Positions 33,601 to 51,188 of a stretch of DNA of 64,000 nt are shown piece after piece. Position numbers and translations under genes: made by a program. The notes beneath the pieces were generated by a model. It saw nothing but the letters and a program-made list of their open reading frames with translations, searched no databases and was not told the origin of the DNA. Source of the stretch: Lepidodermella squamata. Taxonomy: Eukaryota; Animalia; Gastrotricha. The stretch spans positions 1,426,001 through 1,490,000 of the forward strand of contig JBLDXI010000055.1 of the NCBI GenBank assembly GCA_047495785.1. Direction: 5' to 3'. The first letter of the stretch is position 1; each line of letters begins with the position of its first letter.

Positions 33601-35616
33601 GACGCCCGCCGGTTGCCTGCTCACCTCCATTGTAGACCAACGTGTCGCCATCGAAGTGCAACCGGGCACCGTGCGCATTCAGACGCGACTCACACTGCGG
33701 CTACAACCGGTCGAGTCGTCACTGCTCGCCGAGTTCAGGAGTCACTTATCGCCTGAAGATGGTGAGTGGCTATCTGGCACCAGCCATTTCGTCTTCCTGT
33801 CGATGCTGAACCCCAGCGTAAAGCATCCACTGCTGCTTCACATTCCTGCACCGTCATCGCTGCTTTCTAAACAAAAGCAACTGCCTATTAAAAAGCCTGA
33901 AGCCCCTAAAGAAGAGGAACCAGCGTTGCCTCCACCGCCAATGACTCGCGAACAGAAGCAAGCGGCGGCTAAAAAGCAAGTCGTCAGCTTACAAGAAGCT
34001 ATTGATGCTGCATTGGCGGCAGAAAGAGCGGCGGAGAGGGAAAAGGATGGGCCAGTTGAAGAAGACTACATGAACAAGCCATTGACGGGCATTTTAGGCA
34101 AAGGTAATTTTCAATCAAAAATGAAAGAGGAAATGAAAGTTATTAAATTTATAATTTCCAACATATCCTTATTTTATTCTTTTCTTCAGAAAAAGAAGAA
34201 GAAATAATACTGGTTGCCTGGGATCCTGACTTGGGTCCGGTTATTGTCGAAGACTGTCAAATCACTGAAGGCAAGAAGGACAACCTCATTGTAACCGTGA
34301 AGTCGGCTTATTCCAAGTAATATTCTTGCTTTCCCCGCGTCTCTTCATTAACAACAAATTTCCTTTTATCACAGGCTCATCTTATTGCGAGTGGTTAAAA
34401 CGAGCAATTTTCATTCTAACGCCGTTATCAAAACTATTCTAAAATTGGAAGAGTATATAAACAAGCGTCAAGTCGTATTCCTGCTCCGGCAACGCCCGGC
34501 ATCCCCGCAAGAATGTGTGTTTTGCGTCACGCCGACGAACCGGCTCGAGCGCGTCGTTCGGCTGTTCAACGAAGACGGTTTCACGTCGAACAACAACGCC
34601 AGCCAGCGCGAGTTGATTGTGAGCGAAGGCCAACCTTTGGAGATATGCATTTCAGGGAATCTTCAAACACGGGCTGGCATTCTTCCGACAAAGTTCTGCT
34701 TCAATTCGCAATTTAAAAATCAACTCCGGTTCGAAGTTTATCCGCTAGATAAATTCGCTCAGAAAAGTTTCGAGCAGTTTCTTGGCAGCGTAGAAGTTTA
34801 CACGACAATGATAGTCGAGCACAAAATCCAAGACAAAGAAACGCATAGAATACGCGTTGAGAAGGCGGTTGAGCGTGTGAAAATTGCCGACCTTGTCGTC
34901 AAAATCCCGAAATCGGACGATGACATTGCGCTGGACGCGTTCGAAATGCGTCGAGAAGAAATCGCGATTCGGACAGAAGACATTATCGATGAGAAACTGC
35001 TGCGCCAGATCGCCGACGAAGTCGGATCTGAGTGGCGTTCGCTTGCGAAGCACCTCGGTCTTCGACGCTCGCGGATTAATGCAATATTCGAGATGCACGA
35101 GTCGAAGGGCCCGGAAACGTGTTGCTTCGAAGCCATGTTGACGTGGTTCAAACAGACGGCAAAAAGCGTCAACAAGGCCGAGGCGTTGACGCGTGCTCTC
35201 AGCGTCATCGGTCGTCCTGATCTGTCTGAAAATTTGGGCGATATGTACAAGGACTTCAAGCGCGAAAAGGCGGACAAAACAGCCGATGAGAAGATGAAGA
35301 TCGCATTTGTGCGAATTTCCCAGGACGAGCAGATCTTACGCTCGTGGCAGCACCTCGCGAAGGCTCTTCAAGTCAACGAAAGTGCTGCCGAATCTATAAA
35401 GAAACTCAACCTTTCAACTAGGGAAAAATGTATGCACATGCTGAGCGAATGGCGATCTCAACCCGGAAGCACTCTTCAGGTGTTGCAGCAACGGCTCAAA
35501 CAGGGCGGGTTTACAAATGCCTCAAGTAAGTTTTGTACTATGCTCTTTCGTGATTCTTCTAATAAAAACTCGGGTTTTCAGGACTGGTACGTCGCATCGA
35601 CGCGGAAGGTCTTTAA
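30613..35616 (+). CDS. DTHD1: Death-domain-containing protein 1-like (coiled coil, ZU5/UPA-like region, two death domains); multi-exon
   Basis: ELLSHVIRL, PLSILIPH, YREPVIK, LLTSIVDQRV (ZU5-like); LRQIADEVGSEWRSLAKHLGL..LTW..IGRPDLSENL and a second WQHLAKALQV..MLSEWR domain; the junctions checked (exon 1/2, 34.1-34.4 kb, terminal exon) are GT-AG and in frame. Confidence 0.75.
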
Positions 35617-36162
35617 ATCGTCACAAATCGTTGTGATCATAAGATACTGTTTTTTATTGAGAAACAATTACAGCTTTAGCAAAATTAACCAATATTGCAA
35701 AATTTGTTATATTTTCATGTTCGATTATGATATTTATTATCGATTGGCAAGATGACCAAGTTTGGCCACGAATGACCTGCAACACTAGAGCGCTTATCAA
35801 ATATTTAATTCTTTTTACTAGCGATGAAGTGGTCTCGTTCGAACAAATTGTTCCTCTATTCAAAGCTGGCGGCTTTTAGTGATCATAAAGCTGAGGAGAT
35901 TCTCATAGATTTTATACGCACCTTCCGATTATTTTCTCTCATGACGAAACAAAATAAAACGTGCAAATGCATCAAAAAAACTTCGGTAATTTGAGCAACG
36001 TTTGATCAGCACAATGAAAGATGAAGAGGGCAACAAGAGAGTACAAACGGAAAGATAGATTCGTAAATATAAGCTGGTGTTGACAGCCATAGATTCTGCA
36101 TTTTTCGATGTACCGGTGAATGTTACAACAGGAGATTGCCACGAGGTTGCGCTGACCTTGCA

Positions 36163-38181
36163 TCATGAGTCTACGTTAACAAAATTTCCGCGAATTTCCA
36201 TTGCTCGGCCTACGACTTCCAGTAGAGACGCCCAAATAGCCAGCTTTCTCTCGCCCGCCGGTTCAATTTCGATCTCCAACTGGGCAGGTAATGGTAGCTC
36301 TTGAGGGAGGGTTTGCGATGTCAAAACTTCCATTGTGTTGTCGGCCTTCAGCTCGACGACCTGATATACAACGCCCGGATCAAAATACAAGTGCTGCGGC
36401 ATATCTACAGACTGTCGGCGATCTTCAACAGTGAACTGGATACTCAATTCTGAAATAAACAAAAAATTACATCTCACTGTTTCGGTAAAATTGAAGTGTT
36501 TACTTTTTATTTCGCTCGCTGAGCGCCTTGTTTCAATTATCTAAAACCATCGAGATTAAATTCGCCAAGCGGAGATGAATAAAATGTCATACCTTCACCG
36601 TCGGGTCCCTCAATTCCAGGACGTTGCATCGGGCTTGAAAAGCAACCAGTTGCTGCGGGGCGACTTGCTGAAGACCAGCTTGCTGTTGATATTGTACAAG
36701 TTGTTGATAATTGTTCTGCATCGCTTGTTGGAACGGATTTAGTGCGTTCGGGTGAGGCGCATTCCGACCTGAAGAAGCCATCTGCCGTTGAGCTTGCTGA
36801 TACATAGCCATCTGTTGTGCTTGCTGCTGCATTTGCGCTTGTTGTTGCATGGCTAGTTGTTGCTGCATGTTGGGACGCGGTGCAGCATGAGCAGCGCCAA
36901 GTTGTCCCAGCGGATACATGCCGACAGGTATTGCGCCGTGTTGGGTCTGTGGCGGCGGTGGCTGCTGCTGCTGCTGCTGCCTATTGCCAACAAGAGGCAA
37001 AGAATTTCGCGAGGAGGCATGCATTTGCCTCGCTTGAATGCCCTGTACAATGGCGACTGGATTCACGACCTGAGGCATAACAGCTGGTTGATTGAGAAGC
37101 ATTTGTTGTTGCAATTGTTGTTGTTGGTTGCGTGAGAGTATATGCTGAGTAGGCTGTCCATGGGGCATCTGAATGTGCTGGTTGGATGGTTCAGTTCTGG
37201 CGATGAAAGATGGTCGCCCTGCGATCATTTCACGAACTTGAGTCAAGGCAGCTGGAGCGGTAGATGGACCACGATTCCTTATATTTATAACTTCCTCTTG
37301 GGTCAACAAGTGATTGGCCGCAGCGTTTCCGTTCAGGGGCAACGAATTGCCCATAACTGTCAATGGTCTCGTCTCGCTCATTACCATCACATCTGCGAGA
37401 GAATCTCTTCTGGCATTTGCCAAATTCGCAGGAATTGCTGGCGATACACTGCTAAATCAGGCAATTAGATAGCTGAATAGTTATAAAAGATTATATTGAT
37501 ACTTACCTCGGCTGTACGGGCGGATTTGAATGGTGGATGATTGAATTAGCCTGGCTGACGGATACACTGGAAGAAATAGGGCAATAAGAAAACCGATTCG
37601 AGATACTATAGAACAAACTTCAAACGGGATGGGGCTTCGTCGTCACTTATCGAAATAACAGATGCACCATTTGACTTGTTGGCAGAGCCATTTACGGGGC
37701 CCGGGTTATCTCCAGCTTCCGCTTTAAGATTAACGGGCGTAGTTGATCTTGGAACAACAGCATTAGCATCGTTGGGTTTTTCGCCGGATTTTTCAGCGGT
37801 TTCGCTTTGCTTTTCGTTCTCCTTGGCGAATTGGGATAACTAAACTATTCGCAGCAGAAATAGACATTTGTTTACCTACCTTCCGCGAGTTTCTTCGATA
37901 CAGCTCGAGTTTGCTTTTGACGTCACTATTCTTAGTAGCTACCCGGCTGAGACACTCGTCGAAGGTTTTTTTGAAATTGGCAGCGGTCAGATCTTTCACA
38001 GTCTCACATACGAACTGAAAATAAAGCGTTACAGCGAAATTCTAGAGAGCCACGTAAAACTTACATTCAATTGAATGTAAGGTACATCCATCTGGTTACT
38101 AGGTTCAAAACATATATAGTAAATACCCTGAAATAAATTGTATTATTAGCAATACGTAATAAGTACCTTTTCGTTGAGCAT
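36163..38181 (-). CDS. Q/P-rich putative nuclear protein with SIM-like motif and C-terminal beta-rich domain (possible divergent ATF7IP/MCAF1/Windei); 5' end uncertain
   Basis: Multi-exon GT-AG model: helical N-terminus, VISISDDE, poly-Q low-complexity core, C-terminal ...ELPLPAQLEIE..KLAIWA..VGR...GNF. Confidence 0.6.
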
Positions 38182-38319
38182 GCACTGAAAATATTATGAA
38201 GTTGCAGAAGAAAGATTCATCAATCTACTCAAGTGTGAGATCCACGGTCAACGAACAAACGAACGAAAGTAAACCTATGTTTTCTATTTACAGCAATAAT
38301 GCAGCCCTTCAGACAGAGT

Positions 38320-38820
38320 CATGGCATATAGACAAAGAACTGCGAAGACTGGGGAGGAAGCACTCTGCCTATTGTCTATTGTCTATTTTCCCCACGACGA
38401 ATTGCAAAGATCCTTGCAAGACCTCGACCTTGAGATTCGGGATGATAGTTGAAAAGGCCGATCTTATCAAAGAAACCATAGCGACTAAGCTAGCGCTGGA
38501 CAGCTTACTAGTCAACAAAAGTAAAACTGGCAAGTTTAAAGTAGTACGCAGCAACGAAGACTTGGCAGTCTGCTTGGTGATAAAGAAGATGATGTTCAAA
38601 GTCGCATCAGAAGTTCGTCAATCGCCATCTGTCAAATAGAGAAGAAGGTTGTCAAAATGAGGAGGTGGCGGTATTTTGGTCATGCGCTACGCAAGCCTTG
38701 GCATGCCCCCTTGCAACGAGCGATGGGAACAGCTCGGCAGAGCGCGCGCCACGCTGCCGAAAATGCTGACAAAGGAGTCGAAGAAAATGAAGGAACTGAC
38801 CGACGGCTGGAACAATAATC
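38320..38820 (+). mobile_element. Degenerate 3' fragment of an RTE-like non-LTR retrotransposon
   Basis: Across shifting frames: LLVNKSKT, EDDVQSRI, RRWRYFGHALRKP, GRARATL, resembling the post-RT C-terminus of RTE-clade LINEs (GLxINxxKT, RRWRWxGHxLR, GRPRxTW). Confidence 0.6.
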
Positions 38821-39228
38821 ACGTCTATAGTAGATCTCCTGTCTATCAACGATGCACCGTCAACGCTGCACGGTATCTGGCAGAAACGAGCAAGTTCCCA
38901 AGTTCCCCATGGCCTCAGCCGGCTTCAGGCCTCATCCTCAAGCCCGTTACCCCGCGTCGCCGGTAACGCCGGATCGCGGATATTTCGATGATGACAGTCA
39001 TAAATTCAAAATTGATTCCGACTTTTATTTTAATGCTTTTACAAATTTTGTATCTCTCTATGTATGACACTATTCTCTTGATTATTAATTTCCTTAACAA
39101 CGAGATTTGGCGCTAAAAATCATAAAAATGCCCCTTGTTTTCCAGGAAGACCTTAATACAAACCCTGGCTTCGTGGAGTAACTAGTCCCCTTAGCATTTG
39201 AGGTCATTGGAGGCTAAAGAGAAACAAT

Positions 39229-43640
<4,412 letters not shown>

Positions 43641-44539
43641 AAACTGAGTGATAAATCATGACTATTACCTTTTACTGTGATATTTCCACCACATTTCATT
43701 TTCTCGACATTTAATGTGATAGAATTTTAATTTTGTAACAATACTTTACAGCACTAAATAACGATATTATCGAGTAATAAAATTAGTATATTTTCAATCC
43801 TGTAGTGTACTTATAGTACGTTATATTAATTGATACGGCATGATCCTGTGAGAGTGTGTGTATAGCTGCTGGCGGGTGACGGCTTTGGTCACGATGGGAC
43901 TCGGCGCCCTCATCTTGAACTGGTATCTCCGACTGGTATAGGCCGATTTGTCGTGTTATTTGTTAGCGCCGTCGAATTACAGCGGCATAGAGATAATACA
44001 TCTCACAACTGACCCACAATTTTGAGATGAGGCGGTGGCGGCGCTTCGCTTTCTGGCAGCTTGCGTACGACCGGAAGCTACGCGACGACAACGCGCAATC
44101 GATGCGGTGATACACGCTTGTCTACTAATAGCATCTACGATGCTCGCCCGTCTCAAATCATTGTTTTATTTACACATCGAAAGTAATGAATACCAGCCAC
44201 TGCATTACAAATCGGAATGCAATTTTCTGAATAATAGAACAACTCCGCCTTAAAATAAAAACCTCACTTGTCAGATATTTCTACATAAATTTCGTCCAAC
44301 CATAAAAAGGAAAATAAGCAGAAATATTACCTGAGATGCAAACTTTTTTATAGACCATCATAGAGTACTTATTTATTATGAGATATCAAGTCCATATGCG
44401 GCGTATTGAGGTGTTGACTTTTGCTGAATAACCTTTTCATCGCGCTAAAAATTAAATGATATGTTATTTCTCAAGTTTTTTAGTTCATTTTAAATGAAGT
44501 TGTTAGATCCTACTAGTTCAACGACTTGATTCGGCTATT

Positions 44540-46778
44540 ATGGCTGTTCGTTTTTTGTCGTCGTGTTTCCGCTCGCGGTTGTTAGCAGCATCGCGCCTTC
44601 GCCGTGCGCTCTTCATCGCCGTGCTATTCACCCTAGTCACATTCGCTATTTATTTCTCATTGACAAATAAATTCGACGTGAACCAGCTGAGCAAGTCGAG
44701 CCTTGGGCTAGCCAACTCGCCGTCTGATGGCGAAAATAGCAACGCAATTGTTGTCAATATCGATAACAGTAATAGAAAGCAATGGGTTCTATCAGACGCT
44801 GTTGGGACATTTCGCCAGGTCGCAGCTCGATTCGACGATAGCGTGAAACGAGAGATGCATATATTTTACTACGCGTGGTGGGGTAATACAACGTTCGACG
44901 ACGAGTGGATCCACTGGAATCACCCGTATCTACCGCAGCCGTCGAATAACGAAGACGCGGCGAAGCCACCGATGCGTTACCACGAGCCGCCGGACGACAT
45001 TGGCGCTAATTTCTACCCACTCCTCGGCGCTTATTCGTCGCAAGACTCGCGGCTAATGGCGAAACACATGGAGTGGATGAAGCTGAGTGGCGCTGATGTG
45101 GTAGTGCTGAGCTGGTACCCGTCGGGCATGGCCGACGATAACGGCAAACCCGTTGACCCCCTGGTACCTGTCCTACTGGAAAGTGCGGATCACTACGGTT
45201 TAAAAGTTGCATTTCACATTGAGCCATTCAAACATCGCGATGCTGACTCCATGCACCGAGCTATAGTTTATTTGATATCGAAATACGGCAATCATTCGGC
45301 CATGTACAAGTACAAGAAAACGGCTGAAGCCACGCCGCTGCCTTTAATTTACGTCTACGATTCTTACCTTGTTCCTAACGCCGAGTGGGATGCGCTGTTG
45401 ATGCCGTCAGGCCAGGGTGGCGATGCGTACCTGAGCATTCGCAACACGAAATACGATGCTCATATTATAGGTAAATTTCGATTTTCGGGTTTGTACTGGG
45501 TCATCTTTGTACCGGAACCAAATTTTAGAATTTTCTATTAGCCTGAAATCACATTTCGGACATTTCTTGCGGGTCAAGATTGACCACAATAATTCAAAAA
45601 ATTGACCATTAAATTCAACATAACATTCTTTCATCAATTTAGAAGGGTGTGCGCACCTTAAATTTAGGGTTCCAGCACTAATTTTGAGACTCTAGCACTA
45701 GATTTCCACTAAATAAGGTTTTTCGAGTTTCATGTCTTCACTAGAATCTAAACTTTTGTGCTATCATGCCTAACCATTAGATCTTCATATTACGCGTAGA
45801 TTGCGCTATAAGCGGTCAGTTTACGAGTTATACTTCAGCCTGCAGAGTCGATATCGATTACAAGTATCGATTTTACAAATCAGTGATTTTTCCGATATCA
45901 GCCGTTTTGGAACCCAACAGCGATAATTTTTCTACGTAGCTTAAGGCGCCAGGTAGCTAAAATAAAAAATCGTAGGATCTGGGAGGGCATCAGTATCGAT
46001 CAAAAACGAAAACACCGAAATCGCAGAGAAAATGTTAAGAATACAAGAATTTCAAGATTTTTAGTAGGGCAAATATTTGAACCCAATTTAGAACTAATTA
46101 ATGCTTCCCCTAAAATTCGTAGAATTATTCAAAAAATGACTCTTGGCATATTTCGACTTCAGTTCCGCAAAACCCAAATTTGATTGCGCTACAGCAAATT
46201 AGGTTCCGCCAGAAGAATTATAATTATTATCCTTAATAGGATTGTGCCTAACCGCCGGCGACCTTCCGAGGCTGAAATCGAACGGATTCGATGGTGCTTA
46301 TACTTATTTTGCTGCGAATGGCATGACAGAATGCTCAACTCAGGCAAACTGGGGCCGGTTAGCTGAAAGAGCCGCCGAGCTGGGTTTGATATTCATTCCC
46401 AGTTCTGGGCCTGGCTACGACGATTTGGCTGTCCGCGAGTGGAACAAAGTGACGACGCGAGGCCGTGGCGAACACGGCGATACGCTGTCAACCTCCTTAA
46501 AAGCTGCTATCAAGGCGGTAATGCCACATGCGAATTCGCACAACAACCAGGCGATCATCAGTTTGACGTCGTTCAACGAGTGGCACGAAGGCACGCAAAT
46601 CGAACCAGCGCGGCCGTTTGCCACCGCCTCTCGCGAGTACCAAAACTACCTGCCGCATGATCCGTTTTTCTACTTGAAACTGACGCGTGAAATTATTGAG
46701 AACACGTGGAAACATAACGGCGCCGATCAGCGCCGCAAAGCGCCTCTTTCAGCTCGCCACCAGGCGGCACCTTATTGA
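44540..46778 (+). CDS. MANEA: Glycoprotein endo-alpha-1,2-mannosidase (GH99); intron 45471-46239
   Basis: Type II anchor, HIFYYAWWGN, WIHWNH, DIGANFYPLLGAYSS, AFHIEP, GFDGAYTYFA, ITSFNEWHEG-type catalytic motif (SLTSFNEWHEGTQIEP). Confidence 0.95.
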
Positions 46779-46988
46779 TTTTTTTTCGATGAAATAATCG
46801 CTCATTTTTTTGTATACTTGGAGTTACACTTTATTCTGGTAATTGTTATATCAATGAAAAGCTTCAAATGATTGTTCGAGTAACAAAATAAAGCGGTGTT
46901 TTATAACAACGATGTTGAAACTTGTACTACGATTAGCCTTGCCGAGTGAGGTTCAAACTGATAGAAAAATAGCGAGAGATTCTCTCAT

Positions 46989-48170
46989 CTAGGCGAGTTC
47001 TCTAGCAATAGCCTTCTCAATCCAGCCGAGGTGTTTCACAACGGAGGTGTAGATGCCGGGTATACCAGCCTGGCCGCAACCGGCGCCGAAACTGACGATG
47101 CCAACGTAGTTCCATGTGCCGTCCTTGGCGCGGCAAATCAACGGACCCCCTGAGTCGTACTTGCACGAATCTTTACCTCCCTCAGCGTGACCCCCAGCGC
47201 AAATCATATCCGGCGCGATTGTCACCTCGTAGCGCGCGTATATAGACTTGCACTTGGTGCGGTTGTAGTACGGAAGTTCGACGTGATGTGGAACAAAAGA
47301 ATGAACCAAGTCGCTTTCTGTTTCCAGACCCCAGCCAGCCGTCATGCAGGGCGAACCTGGCGTGGTTTCTGGAAAATTTGCTGCTGGTAGACACACAGGC
47401 TTAACAAAGCGACCTAGTTCAACAGGCCGTGAAAGTTTTAGCAGCAGAACGTCATCGCCGTTCAATTGATTCTATAAGAATAAAAGATGAAAATAACTTG
47501 GAACATTTCTCAATTTTTTTACCTCTCGGCGCTTCGAAAGGTGGGATATTATCTTTGCTACTGGAATAAAAGCTTCTTCGTCGTCTTCAACCAGCAAATG
47601 GTGCTCGCCAACTTTAACAGCCCAATCTTCTGGGTTCATGGTGAGGTAAGGATAGGCCTCGGAAGATTCAAAGCAGTGCAACGCTGTCAGCACAAATTGG
47701 GGGTGGATCAAAGTGCCTCCACATAGGTGATCAAATTCAGGATCTGCAGCATCGCCTGACTTGTCCTTATCTGTATCTGGTGGCACTTTGAATCTAAGAC
47801 TGACTAGGAATGGCCACTGGCCTGCAGTGATTTCTTTCCCGCCAACGATTCGTTTCTGCTTTGACTTTTCAGCGACAGGTAGCACCTGAATCGTAGACTG
47901 TTGTTGTTCAAGGCGGCTTTTCTTTTGCTGTTTCATGACGGCTAGCTCGTCTGCTAGCGATATCGTCGGGTAGGCGCAAGATTCTCGGGAAGAAAACTTG
48001 GCTGAATTGCGATTCGCAATAACAGACCCTGGCGATGCGACTGATTTGTGCTGCTGTCCTATTGATTTGGTATTCACCCTGTTCGGCGATTCAGCCTCGG
48101 CTACTCTCGCCAGGCAGCCTGCTGCTACGACAACCTGAGACAGCGCAAAAATACAAATAGTCATGAGCAT
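46989..48170 (-). CDS. Secreted trypsin-like (S1A) serine protease 1; 2 exons
   Basis: Signal peptide, KQKR|IVGG, LTALHC, DDVLLLKL, GKDSCKYDSGGP; a ~50-nt GT-AG intron near 47472-47522. Confidence 0.93.
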
Positions 48171-50034
48171 CGCATTGATTTGATGTGTAATGGCTTCGAA
48201 AGCAGCACCGTGCGCAGCGAGACGATGTGATTAATTAGGCCGTATACATTTTGTTATTTATAATACAATCAAAGAAAAACGAACCATAAATAACACAGTA
48301 GTGACCATAGCTTCCATAGCCGCTGTTGCGCTGCCGCTCACGCGTTGACGATCGCTAATAGCCGATCATGCAATGAACGCAGTAAAACTGCGCGATGTGA
48401 GTAGGAGGAGGCGTGGATAATGAATTAAAATTTATTGCTACAAATTATTATTTCGTTAATATGGAATGTTACTATCCTTGGTGCGAAGTAAAATTTTCGA
48501 TACTTGACGACGCCCGGCGGCATGCAATGTGACAGCCTCATTTTTTATCCAATGATTTTGATTTCATCGATGTCATATGTTTAGTAATGAGTAACGCTAT
48601 TAGCTCCTGCGAATTGGGAATTAACCCAGCAGCCGCAAATAGTACGTGTAATGTCGACTCGCTTATAACTTGATGCCACGCGAAAAATAATCACTCAATT
48701 GTGTAGCCGGTCATAAGTGACAAGGCGCCCTCAAGGGACTTGAACTTGGCCAGCGCAGGAAAATCGAAAAACAACAATAAGAATCTCATGTGAATTGCAT
48801 TATCACGATAATGGGTGTATAATGAATTTGTGAGTTAATGAGCCAAGAAATTAAAAATCAGGTGCCATCATCATCATCGCACTCGCACTTGGCAATATCG
48901 ATTTGTCGTTCATAACTTTCATATCGTAATTTTATACCAAATCAAGCATGCAGCCAAGACCCGCCCTCTAATATAATATTATGAGAGGGCGTGTTGATAA
49001 GCTCTCGCGCGATTTAGGCCATATCTTGCTTTTTTTACATTCAGACCTACTCATCTGCGCTTTCATTCTTACGCGTTCGGAATTCATTAACTCATAGAAA
49101 AATCACAGCTTATATCGATCCGCGCATTTTTTTGCAGATTACAAGCGCTAAACCTGGTTGGTTGAGAATTAGCTGAAGTGCTGGGTCGGTTTTTTATTTG
49201 CGCTCATGATTATCCGCCGACTCCTCCGTCGCTAAAAAAATCATCCTTTCAAAATTCATGGAAAAATGACAAGGGACGCCGCCGAGGGGGCAGATAATAC
49301 AGCTTCATTAGCGGGTACAGGTTTAACCGCGGATGTGGGGCCATGTCGCGAGGTATTACATCAAGGCATGTAGTGACGAAATCGGTTCATCTTTTATTTT
49401 CGTTTTTATGTGATGATTGTACTGATGATTTTAAAAAAAGCGGCTAAAATTAAAAGTTTTCAACACGATGACGATGTTGCTATCAGTCTTTCAATCTACT
49501 ACGATTCTTCGCTTGAACACAACAAAATATTACTTCACTTCAAGTTTATCAAGTCGTTTTTTTTTACAAATAATGGAGTGAAAAAAAATTATCATCGTTC
49601 CAAATAATATTGCAAAGATTTTTGTATAAAAATTATAACGGAAATTAAATGGTTAATCAGTCGCGAACTGAGTCGCTAACGTGACTGGTTTCATTGTTTA
49701 TTTTCGTACAAGACTAGGTTTTTCGTCTTCGAAAGAGTAAAAGAACTTGACGCGCACCGAAAAAAATAATACAGAACCAGTCTTAGATGAAAAATTGTGT
49801 TATCGCAAAAGTATCAGAAAGATTTGCTTAACATAATAATTGTAAAATACTACTCCTATTCGTGTCAGAACCTTCAGTTTTTATGATACACAGGTATTTA
49901 TTGTTTATATGGCTAAAATTAAGGTAGAAAAAACTGCTGATGAGAGAAATAACACATTAATTTAGAAGGATGATGATGATGATGATGTCAGTCATTAATT
50001 ATATAGCTTGCCATGATGTGTTCCGATTGTCAGT

Positions 50035-51188
50035 TTAGTCATTGAGGGCGTCGATACGTTTGCAGTTGGCGCGGCACGTCCGCTTGTCGACGGTGGACGC
50101 GCGGCACTTGGCGCACATGTCCTTGCGGATGAGGCTGCGCACCCAGCCGACGAATTCGCGCACGTCCGTGTAGATACCGGGCATTTTCGGCTGCGCGCAG
50201 TCGAAGCCAAACGACACGAGCCCAGCCAGCGTCCAACCGCGCGAGCCCTTGCAAATCAACGGACCACCGGAGTCGTACTGGCAAGCGTCCTTGCCGCCGT
50301 TCTCATGGCCGGCGCAGATCATTTCGTGCGAGATGCGCAGTTGCATGTCGAACTCGCGGTTCACCTCGGCGAACAGCTCCTTGTAGCTTTCTTCGCAGTT
50401 CTTCTTATCGTAAATTGGAACATCGACGTGGTGAGGCACGATGGCAATAGACGATGCGTTCGACTGCAAGTGGCCCCAGCCGGCTGCCAAGCAATGCGAG
50501 TCTTTCGTCCAGCCGTCCGTCTTCGGGTCGGGTAGACAGATGTGGCGGACGTGTTTGCCGAGCTTGGCCGGGCGTTTCAACTTGATGAAAGCAATGTCGT
50601 TTTGGAACTCTCCGAATCGACGGCCCTTGTAGCGGATGATCGATTTCACTTCAATGTCATCCTCGCTGTCAGTGTTCTCCGCCATGTTGTGCTCACCGAC
50701 GCGGACCATCCAATAGTCGGGATCTTCCGTCAGCTCGGCCTTCCAGAATTTTTCGAAGCAGTGCGCCGCTGACAGAACGTAATAACGGTGGATGAGAACA
50801 CCACCGCACAAATGCTCGAAGGTTCCGTTCAGCTTGAGTCGCATGCTGACGAGGAACGGCCATTCGCCGCGGTTCAGCTCGAGACCGCCAACGATACGCT
50901 TCGATCGCTGCTGTCCTCCCATTTGGTGCAACTGGCCGCTAAGCATCAGCAACTTGTCGTAGGTTGAGATGGGTGGGTGGATGCAGCGCATTTCGGACGC
51001 TGGCGAGGACGCGTCGCTCAGCTGGTCGTCGAGTTCGGAAGTGAAATCGCGCTCATCGATTCTTAGCAGTTTATTCGCTTCACAAACCTGTTCAAGTTCA
51101 AAATTTGAAAGAGAGTCTTTAACTTTTCCAGAAAGCTTACCGTTACAGACAACGCGACAATGACGAAAGATATACTTGCTATCGTCAT
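50035..51188 (-). CDS. Secreted trypsin-like (S1A) serine protease 2 with Cys-rich C-terminal tail; 2 exons
   Basis: MTIASISFVIVALSVT|VCEA signal, RSKR|IVGG, LSAAHC, NDIAFIKL, GKDACQYDSGGP. Confidence 0.93.

Noticed and set aside
38196-38966. Two + strand ORFs (147 and 96 aa) as host genes
   Set aside because: Better explained as frameshifted RTE-like LINE remnants.
43838-43862. U3 snoRNA box A-like string (ctctcacaggatcat) on the minus strand
   Set aside because: Followed by AT-rich sequence with no boxes B, C or D.
48725-48760. tRNA/SINE B-box-like gttcaagtcc on the minus strand
   Set aside because: No T-stem pairing, A box or cloverleaf.
49348-49375. Partial resemblance to miR-12 (gtattacatca)
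   Set aside because: Seed mismatch and no pre-miRNA-length hairpin.
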